From the NCBI RefSeq assembly GCF_018350175.1, contig NC_058368.1:101372001-101436000 (forward strand): a stretch of DNA of 64,000 bases. Direction: 5' to 3'. Below, in pieces: positions 54,456-64,000 of this stretch; within the stretch, counting starts at the first letter, position 1, and each line of letters begins with the position of its first letter. The notes under the pieces are model-generated. The model was not told the origin of the DNA and searched no databases. It saw only the letters and a program-made list of their open reading frames with translations. The translations under genes were made by a program, and so were the position numbers. Source of the DNA: Felis catus. Its lineage: Eukaryota.

Positions 54456-55476
54456 GGGGGCGCCTGGGTGGCTCAGTCGGTTGAGTGTCCGGCTTCGGCT
54501 CGGGTCATGATCTCACAGTTTGTGGGTTCGAGCCCTGTGTCGGGCTCTGTGCTGACAGCTCAGAGCCTGGAGCCTGCTTCGGATTCTGTGTCCCCCCCCC
54601 CGCCCCTCCCCCACTCATGCTCTGTCTCTGTCTCAGAAATAAACATTAAAAAAAATTTATAGTATACGTCATAGATACTGCTGAGTTTAATGGAGAAAAA
54701 GTAGAAACCTCAAAATAAACATGTTTGAAGGGCAGAAGATTTCCCATCAAAATGGAACACAGCGTTTCCACCATTGTTTTGGCACCTAAGTAATATTCAA
54801 AAACATACACTTTCAATGTAGCTACGTAGAAAAGAATCATGTAGATTACCTGGGATTTGGGGTTTTTTTTTTTGTTGTTTGTTTGTTTGCTTTTTAATAT
54901 CCTCTCCTTCCCACACATTTAAAGGTACTGATTTCTTATACACACAAGTTATAGAACAAAATATGAAATGAGGGGTACCTGGGTGGCTCAGTCAGTTAAG
55001 CGTCAGACTTCGGCTCAGGTCATGATCTCACGGCTCGTGGGTTCGAGCCCTGCGTCAGGCTCTGTGCTGCTAGCTCAGAGCCTGGAGCCTGTTTTGGGTT
55101 CTGTGTCTCCCTCACTCTCTACCCCTCCTCCTCTGTCTCTCTCTCTCAAAAAAAAAATAAATAAATAAAAGGTGGTTTTTTTTTTTTTCCAAGTGTCCCT
55201 GCTTTTATTTTTATAGCTTTAATTTATTATTTTAAAATATTTCGGGGCGCCTGGGTGGCGCACTCGGTTAAGCGTCCGACTTCAGCCAGGTCACGATCTC
55301 GCGGTCCCTGAGTTCGAGCCCCGCATCGGGCTCTGGGCTGATGGCTCAGAGCCTGGAGCCTGTTTCCGATTCTGTGTCTCCCTCTCTCTCTGCCCCTCCC
55401 CCGTTCATGCTCTGTCTCTCTCTGTCCCAAAAATAAATAAACGTTGAAAAAAAAAATTAAAAAAAAATAAAAAAAT
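54456..55476 (+). mobile_element. Three same-strand CanSINEs (54456-54658, 54972-55170, young 55244-55476)
   Basis: Three heads with tails; the last has TSD TAAAATATTTC. Confidence 0.93.
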
Positions 55477-55993
55477 AAAATATTTCAATAAATGTAAAGA
55501 AATGAATTATTTGAAAAGGCATCATTTTTCAAAAACATGAGGATTATTTTTGTGATACTATAAATAGTTTTTGAAATCTCTCTTCACTGTAATAATTCTT
55601 CAACTTGATGAACTGATACATGAATTATTCACAAAGAAATGTATCTTAATCACTTATCAGCACTTATATTTTAAGATTAGATCTCAAGGACATTATAGGT
55701 AAAACACAGTTTAAGCACAAATCCTATTATCGAGATTTGCTTCAAGATCATTGGCATTTTGTGATTGCTAAAAGCCCTCCTCTCTTATAACCAACCATAT
55801 TATTATGCTGTATTTAATGGAAACTTTTGGTATTAATATTTAAGATGCTATGTAAGGGAATTAACTTAAATTGAGAGTTAAAGAGACTAAGTCAGCTTCC
55901 CTTGCCCTACTCACTCCAATCTATAAGGTGAAATTAAGCTCACACTAGAATCACAAACCTATATTTTGAGGAATTCTTCAATATTATACACAT

Positions 55994-56540
55994 GGTATCA
56001 GCGTTCGGATGCTTTCAGCTGTGAGAAATGGAAAACTTTACCCCAACTGGTTCACAGAATAAGGGAATGGTTGCAAACAGTGCTTTAGAAGCAGGACAGG
56101 GGTTTGGGATAGATGTAGTCCCTGTGAATTCCTTCTCCGTGCTCTCTTCAACTAGAATCGTTCCATTTTCAAAGTCAGCTTCCTTTGCTGGAGAGAGACT
56201 AAAATAGTCTCATACTTCACATCAGCACAAAATGGCTTTCAGAGAAAGAACTTGTCTCTTCTGGGGGCTTTTCTCCTAACAGTAAGGAAATTTCTGTCCA
56301 GCCAGCTGAAGTCCATTGGCTCACATTGGCCATTGGTCGTTTCTGAACAATTCTGTGGCTGGGGGAATGCCACAGCCAATTCCCTGGGCTCTATTCCTAA
56401 ACCAATCACCGTTGCAAGTGTTTGAGATTACCCTTACACCACCCAGGCCTAGTTCTGGGACTGGAGACGAAATCACTTTTCTCTGAAGCACGTGGGTTTG
56501 GGAGAAAGTTAGGGCATACTGAGGTAGGGTGAGGGAGAAT
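55994..56540 (-). mobile_element. Old MaLR LTR (MLT1J/K/L-like)
   Basis: GGATGCTTTCAGCTGTGAGAAATGGAAAAC; CATTGGTCGTTTCTGAACAATTCTGTGGCTGGGGGAATG. Confidence 0.6.
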
Positions 56541-57545
56541 TCTCACAATGTTTAGCAGAATATTGTAAAGCGCTTTTTTCCCCTATGTGATGTGGATCTA
56601 AATATTCAATAAAAGGCAATAAAATACTATAGAGCAGTAAGCATCAAAGTGGGGGGATATCAGAAGCAACTAGAAATAATTTTATCCAAGTAAAATTACT
56701 TCCCATTCTGATTTGCACCTTATGAGGCTCTCTTGCTTGCCTGGTGGAAAATTAGTCACACTTAGGAGCCATGTTGGATCCGATGGATGATGGGGGTTAA
56801 AGAGATTGAGAACCATTGCCATGGAAAAAGCTTTATAATGTGAGAGATCAAAATAAATGGTCCATAAGAAATAAAATAATGTACCTGGTTATTGATATTC
56901 TCTATCTTGGTGCCTGCCTCTTTTCACTGCTATTTTGGTTTCACTAATCCTGTGGTAAAAGCTATTATTATTTTTTTAATTTACTGTTATTACTATTTCT
57001 TTCTTCAAGGAAAAAAAAAACAGATTTCCTCTAACCTAGTGCTAAGAAATTTTAGCCAAACTTGTTTTGTTTTGTTGACCCTGTATTTCACCTAAGACCA
57101 TGTCTCTTGGTAGAAAATGGCTCAGAACTAACTATAGCATTTCTATACCTTTCTCAGCAAAGAGCAAAAGAAATTTCTAGAAGAGTCCTGGCCAGCAGCC
57201 CTGGTCACCTTTAGATGGTAGAGACTTCCTCTTGGAAACATTTGAATAGAACTGTTTTGTTTTCTTTTGTTTTCACATGAGGTCCATTTTAAATTTACTA
57301 TTTTTATAATTTTAAGCTAAATAAAAATTAAATGTAGAAAATTGAAAACGTGTAGAAACATATACAGAATAAAATTAAAAATGCTTTTAATCTCTTTGGT
57401 TAAAGAACCTTTAATAACATTCAATTACATATGAATCAATTGTTTGCATAATATCTATATATCTATATATAGATATATAGAGATATATACACACAGACAC
57501 ATATAGTGTTTTTATTTACTTCATTTCAAATAAACCCTTTTCTCC

Positions 57546-57970
57546 TTTTTTAAAAAAATATTTATTTTTTTTAGAGACAGAGAGCGAGAGAGAGCACTAG
57601 CAGGGGAGGGGCAGAGAGAGAGGGGGACAGAGGATCTAAAGTGGGCTCTGTGCTGATAACACATAGCCCGATGTGGGGGGGTCTAAATCACGACCCTCGA
57701 CATCACGTCCTGAGCCGAGGTTAGACACTTCACCGACTGAGTCACCCAGCGCCCCCATATAGTGCTTTTAAAAAGTAGTACTTTAGGGGAGCCTGGGTGT
57801 TCAGTCCGTTGAGCACCCGACCCTGGATTTCAGCTCAGGTGTTGATCTCAGGGTCGTAGGATCGAGCTCTGCGTGGAGCTTGGAGCATGCATAAGATTCT
57901 CTCTCTATCCCTCTGCCTTCTTCCCTGCTTGCTCTCTCTCTCTCTCTCTGAAATAAAAAATAAAAATAAG
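57546..57970. mobile_element. Head-to-head CanSINE pair (57546-57756 minus; 57787-57970 plus)
   Basis: Opposite-strand heads about 30 nt apart. Confidence 0.88.
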
Positions 57971-59394
57971 CAATACTTTACCAGAAATGCTGTTTTGTAA
58001 ACTGTTTGCTTTGTTTAATATACATTTCCCCCATGGATTAGTAATTCTTCTAAAACTATCACATAAATAGCGGTATTTAACCAATCCCAATTGGGAAAAA
58101 TATCTTAGTCTTGAAAATAAAACATATTATGAAGCTAGAACATCTCAAACAGACATAAACCAAGCTCCTTTTTGAGTTACCTGAGTCCAAATTAGTGCGA
58201 AATCAGAAAACCAGTAAGCAAGCGAGGAACGAAACCACACATTGTAAAACAAACGTGTGGCAAAGAGAGGGAACAAGGTTGGAAAAGAACTATGAATCAA
58301 ATGTACACTGGAATTTCCTGGAAATTTCAGATCCAGGCCAGAAATGTTGCTTTGTCTACGTGTGTCTGCCCTAAACTTCTATGATGAGCTGCTCCTTTGC
58401 CAAGATGAGGGTCTTACTGATGTCAAGGTTGGAGATGAAGGAAAAGGGAAAGGACCCAGAGGTGGAGGTCCCACCCTATGCTCAGAGGTCTGTTTAGATC
58501 CTGGATATGGTATTTTCCAGAGAACACACAGAGAAAGCAGCTCTGTCTCCTCCCAGCTTGCAGTGGACAAAGTGTGCACTCAGAGGAGGGACGTCGGACC
58601 CTGGAAACATGTACTGACCCCAATACTGACAGTGGTGGCTCAGGATCGATCTAGAAGTGTCCTTGTCCTGAGGAGTATCCCTTCCTGGACAACTCAAATA
58701 CTAGAAGACCAATATTTCCTCTTCCCTTACACGGGAAAGCCGCATTTCTAAGATCCTTTGTAAACCGCCTTCACTATTTTTCCATATGTGCCTGTCACGA
58801 GTACGATCGTTAATATTTTTCTTTCCACGGACTCGCTTGTTTTAAGCTTAAATACTTTATGTGAAGTGAAAAAAATATACATCCTGAATTCAATCGAAAA
58901 ACAGAATCACCACAAATGGAATGGTGGGTGACCTCATGAATTCAATGAAAATAAACACACAACAAAAATAGTATCTAGTGAGGGGTGGATGCTGTTGCTT
59001 GCCAAAGGCTCTTGAGCCTGAGGCCTGATTTCTGTTTGTTTAGGAAAAGCTGGGGAGGGGGGGGACGGCTATGGGTAGGGAGGAAGTAGCAGGTGTTAAA
59101 AACATTATGAGCAAACTCAGACTGCCAGATGACTTCCTTGGATCTGCAAGGGAATTCAATCACTCTCACTACGTCATTCAACGTTAGGTGTCCTGTGGGG
59201 TACGTCCCTGCCTAGAAACACTGTGCTGGAGGAAGCGACCCTCCTCTGAAAAGGGCTCGGGAGAACGTCCCAATGGCACCTGTAGGCCAACCTTGGGAGG
59301 TGTTAGGATTTGAGGCGTTCCCGTAAAACCCTATATACTCTGTAACGCAGTGATGGGTTGGGTAGGGAATGCTCTCATCTCTGGCGAACACTCC

Positions 59395-59803
59395 TATTAT
59401 TGCCTGTGATTTGCCATCACCCCGCCCACCCCCAAATTCCTATCTTGAAGCCCCAACTCCCAGGACCTCAGAACGTGACTGTATTTGGAGACAGGGCTTA
59501 GAGATAACTGAGTTAAAATGAGGTCATTACGGTGGCCCCTAATCCAATATGACTGGTGTCCTTATAAGAAGACAAAATTAGGACACACACACAGACATGG
59601 ACACACAGGCACACGTAATGGAAGACCGTGTGAGGACACAAAGACAACAGCCTCTTACCAGCCAGGAAAGAGGCCTCAGGAGAAACCAACCGTGTCGACA
59701 CCTGTATCTTAGACCTCTCGCCTGCAGGACCTTGAGAAAATAAACTGTTGTTCAAGCACCTAGTCTATGGTACTTTGTTACAGCGTCCCTAGCTGACTAA
59801 TAC
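59395..59803 (+). mobile_element. MaLR solo LTR (MLT1A/B-like)
   Basis: ACCTCAGAACGTGACTGTATTTGGAGACAGGG...CCTAATCCAATATGACTGGTGTCCTTATAAGAAG...AATAAACTGTTG...GGTACTTTGTTACAGC...GACTAATAC. Confidence 0.9.
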
Positions 59804-59824
59804 CTCTCCTAAGAGGGACAAAGT

Positions 59825-60037
59825 TTGTTTGTTTGTTTTTAAGCTTATTTATTTATTTTGACAGGGGGTGACGGGAAGGAAGGGCAGAGAGAGAGGAGAG
59901 AGAGAGAATCCTGAACAGGCTCTGTGCCATGAGCACGGAGCCCAATGTGGGGCTTGAACTCACGAAACCGTGAGATCATGACCTGAGCAAAAATCGAGAG
60001 TCAGACGCTTAGCCGACTGAGCCACCCAAGCGCCCCC
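59825..60037 (-). mobile_element. CanSINE
   Basis: Reverse head ...GCCACCCAAGCGCCCCC. Confidence 0.9.
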
Positions 60038-60999
60038 AAGTGGAACAAAGCTTAAAAGAGATTTTGTACAACTGCTTTGATTTGTTTCCTGAAGTATCAC
60101 AAAGGTACTAGTGCCTGGCACACATGTGGAGCCCATGTGGATTTGGTTCTCTGGATGGTAATGGGGATTTTGAAGGCTACGAATGCTAATTACATATTGA
60201 GACACGTCCAATAATGCAGACACTAGGTGTCTGTTCAAGTCAAGTGATTAAAAGCAATCCTGCGTATTGTTGATGTCACGAGGTATGTAGTCAAGGGAAG
60301 AAACAGTCTTAGGTTAAAATAGAGCGTAAGTCTGATGGATGGTGTTCTCAGAGGTGTGGCCCTTGCCCCAAGAGGCAATTGGAACTTACCCCAAAATATG
60401 GCCCCCATAAAATCATAAAATGATCCATTAATGAGATAGTGATTGTCTCTATCAACTGATAGCCATCTGTTCTGGTGTACAATTTTGAAAAGCCTGACCG
60501 TCCACCCGGTGTCTGAGACCCAGTGTGGCCACTTTGGGGGAAAAGCTTCACTCCTGAGGCTGGCGGCAAGCTTCTGACATGGAATGTGGATCATCCCTCC
60601 AGGCGTGTTTCCGTCTAGCTTTTTTTTATGACTCAAGGGAGGAGCCAGATGATAGCTTTGCCAGTAACACAAATGAAAGACTTTTCTGTAATCTGTTCCC
60701 GCAACCTGCTTGAGAATGGAAACAGGGCAGGACATAGTAGAATATCCCTGAGACGCTTCTGCATGAACTTGATGACCCAGTAATGCCACAGCCCCAAGAG
60801 GTATATACACCTGCGCGACCACGCTTCACAGAAATGTGGTTCTTTGAGCCATTTGTCCTTTTCATATTTTGTTTTTGTCCCTCCTGCTAATCCCCACCCA
60901 GATCAGGATTTTTTTAGTTGATCACTATATCCTCAGCATCTATCAGAGTGCTTCACACGTAGTATGGGGCTCCATAGGTACTTTTTGAAGTAATGAATA

Positions 61000-61220
61000 A
61001 GAGCCCAAGGACATAGACTATGAAGCTAGAACAGCTAGATTGAAATCTCAGCCAGGTCATTAAGTAGTCCGGTGCCCTTGGGCAAGTTTACTTAATCTTC
61101 TGAAGCCACAGTCCCTTCATCCCTAAGATGGCTGTAACCATACCTACTTCGTACTGTTGTTTCAAGGATTCAGATTAGCATAGCACCTGGCACATAAGTG
61201 CCTAATAAATAGTAGTATCA
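61000..61220 (+). mobile_element. MIR SINE
   Basis: CCTTGGGCAAGTTTACTTAATCTTCTGAAGCCACAGTCCCTTCATCCCTAAGATGG. Confidence 0.75.
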
Positions 61221-61352
61221 TTATAAATATTCCAAGATAATAGAACCAAATCTGTTTGTTTAATTGACAGAGAATGGACTGTATGGACAAAAGTAGATCA
61301 TACAAATTATTGGCTTTATTACTTTTTTTTTTTTCTGTGTGCCCTATAGAGT

Positions 61353-61850
61353 CTTTTTTTTTTTTTTTTAATGTTTATTTATTTTTGACAGAGCATGAGC
61401 GGGGGACGGGCAGAGAGAAAGACACAGTATCCGAAGCAGGCTCCAGGTTCTGAGCTGTCAGCACAGGGCCGGACGCGGGGCTCAAACTCACACCGCGAGA
61501 TCATGACCTGAGCCGAAGTGAGACGCTCAACCTACTGAGCCACCCAACCTACTGAGCCACCCAGGAGCCCCTGTAGAGTCTTATTAAAAAAAAAAAAAAA
61601 AAAAAATCCTGCCGTGCCTGGATGGGTCAGCTAGTTAAGCGTCTGACTTGGGTTCACGTCATGGAGGTCGAGCCCCGCATTGGACTTTCTGCTGTCAGCA
61701 CGCGGAGCCCACTCTGTTTCCACCCCTCTCCCCCCTACCCAGTTCTCTCCCTGCCCCTCCCCCACTTGTGCACTCGCGCGCACGCGCTCTCTCTCTCTGT
61801 CCCTCTCTCTCAAAAATAAATAAATGTTAAAACAAAAAGAAATTAAAGAA
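61353..61850. mobile_element. Head-to-head CanSINE pair (61353-61571 minus; 61611-61850 plus)
   Basis: The first has TSD CT(A/G)TAGAGTCTT; heads about 40 nt apart. Confidence 0.9.
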
Positions 61851-62579
61851 AAATCCGGACAACCAAAACATGTTTGAAAATACTCACAATATTATACTCC
61901 AGTATAGGAATCAGCCTATTTATTTTAGAATTTTGGTATTCAAATCTAGTCAACATATTTTATTTTATTTGTAATTAATGCATAATTCAGTATATGTAGA
62001 CTGTTGCATATATTTATTGAAAATAGTCTATTATAGCATAAAACGACTTTAAATATTTTTAAGATTTTTTTGTATTTAATGGAGCATTCCACATATTTAC
62101 CCACTATTAAATGTCCATAAAGAATACTGATGTTAACATAAATCACTATGAAAAATTCAGATTATAACTGGTTTATGTTAGCATCTAAATGAAACACTTT
62201 GGTAACAAAAAAGAAATACATGCAGTCAACGTCTTTCAATTGCCTGTTATCTAGAAGCGAGTGTGGGCGTGTGGGTGTATATTTCAGGAACATAAGACAC
62301 TCTTGGGTCCTCTCAATATAAAGGGTTGTAGTTAAAAAGGGAGTCTCACAAAACTGGAAATTCCAGTTTAGCTTTAGAGATATGTCTACTGACAGCCTTT
62401 CATGGAAGAACAAATAGCTAACAGTGAATTTTCCATTTTGATGGTTATTTTTGCAGGAAAAATAAAGGCTTTTTAATCATGTATTCTTACCTGGGAATCA
62501 AACTGTTATAAAATATTGTGTTTATATGCTTGATTATCAGGTCTGGGACTAAATCTAATTTTCCACCATAGTAGGGAAA

Positions 62580-62602
62580 GCATATGTACACATACATGCA
62601 TG

Positions 62603-62648
<46 letters not shown>

Positions 62649-62650
62649 TA
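62580..62650. repeat. Alternating purine-pyrimidine tract with (CG)/(CA)n
   Basis: Direct read. Confidence 0.93.
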
Positions 62651-63866
62651 ATACACACAGAATACATACCGGCCTATTTTTAGGGGAGATTCACTATACT
62701 CTATGAAAACTATTATATGTGTCTTTATTCAATTATTTTGAAACAGACCCTGTCTTAAGGAATTCTTTAATGGAGTTTATACAATCTTCAAGGCACAATT
62801 ATAAGTAAATTGTGTCATAAAACTGTAGACACTTTTAGCTCATTTACCCAAAGCCTTGCAAAAGCCATCTATAAATAAATACTCATATATGCTGTGAGAG
62901 AATACAGGAAAATTATGACATAAATCCCCACCCGAAAGGAAATAAGATATCCTTGTAAAAACAGTAGTGACCATATGAACAAGACAGGATTTTGCACATA
63001 TATGCGAATTGCATTTTATTCTGATTTTATACAAACATTTGGCAGCTTTCCCCATCTTTTCTGTTTTAAAAGACCGAGTTAAGGAAGAAGAAAATCATGT
63101 TTGTATTTTTTATCTTGCATTACTTGTGTCTTGACCACGTAAATGATCCTATGCCTTTCAAGGATCATTCTTGGAGTGTGTATTGTGTCAAAGTCAGACA
63201 CACTGAGTAAAGAACTCATTCTTCTCACTGGAAGGGGAGAAAGCAGACATGCCTCCTCTCTCCTCAAGTTATGGTCTGAGAAATTCTGCTTTCTTGATGA
63301 CCTGTAATTTAAGCCTGAGTCCCTCGTCGCTGTTTCTGTACAGGAAATCTGTATACGTTGTATTAGAGACCACATATGTTACACTTCTTTCTGCTTTTTG
63401 TGTTGTCTGCAGGCCTGGAAGGGGGGTTTCTCTATACCCTTTAGAGCCCCTGGAATAACACAGAACCTCAAGACTTTGTTGAGCAGGTGTCTGAATTTAC
63501 CGTGTTCCTCAGGAAACCGTGGAAAAGCACTAACAGAGGGTGGCTTGCTCTCCCGAGCATGTGATTGCCCCCACTTAAAGGATAAGTGGGGACACAGGTG
63601 GCTACATGATTTTCACAAAGGCAGTGTGCTGTTGTCCTCATTCACTTCGTGAGTTTCAGGGTCTTTTGTGTCGATGAGACAGAGAGTACACGTTGCATAG
63701 TATCGTTTTAGAGAGCGCAATACAAGAATTCACAGGGACTGTAGGCTGAAGCATGCTGATGCAGACCTAGATTAGTTCTGTGATCTCTGATGTGCTTTGA
63801 CTTTCACTGATGTGCCAGTGACTAACCGGGTTCTTTAGATAATGACTACCAGAAATTATTTTTCAC

Positions 63867-64000
63867 GGGGGCGCCTGGGTGGCTCAGTCGGTTAAGGGTC
63901 CGACTTCAGCTCAGGTCACGATCTCGCGGTCCGTGAGTTTGAGCCCCGCGTTGGGCTCTGTGCTAACAGCTCAGAGCCTGAAGCCTGTTTCGGATTCTGT
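63867..64000 (+). mobile_element. CanSINE cut by the window edge
   Basis: GGGGGCGCCTGGGTGGCTCAGTCGG head. Confidence 0.93.

Noticed and set aside
57451..57490. Palindromic ATATCTATAT...ATAGATATAT tract
   Set aside because: Low-complexity (TA)-derived repeat; self-complementarity is expected
60235..60822. Longest ORF in the track (195 aa, minus)
   Set aside because: No recognisable homology, non-ATG start, no evident exon structure; consistent with a chance ORF in intergenic DNA. A blastp search would settle it

Overview
Mammalian genomic DNA, carnivore and almost certainly felid, judged by dense tRNA-derived CanSINEs including the young SINEC_Fc type and carnivore L1. The left two-thirds hold the 5' part of CEP120 (centrosomal protein 120) on the minus strand. 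I resolved 14 coding exons (41849 to 8023) that splice into an uninterrupted 702-codon frame: three C2 domains plus the start of the coiled coil. The remaining exons lie left of the window. A CpG-island promoter sits at about 41.8-42.5 kb. The right third is repeat-rich upstream intergenic DNA with no recognisable gene. I found no novel multi-gene system. The most interesting details are: a GC-AG intron 7; a 3'-truncated tailless 5S rRNA retrocopy with a target-site duplication (TSD); a TSD-flanked internal L1 ORF2 insertion lacking both ends; a probable SINE-L1 chimeric retrocopy; two hairpin palindromes; and a CpG-dense patch inside an ancient repeat. Repeat family names and human-protein comparisons are from memory, not database searches, and repeat boundaries are approximate.
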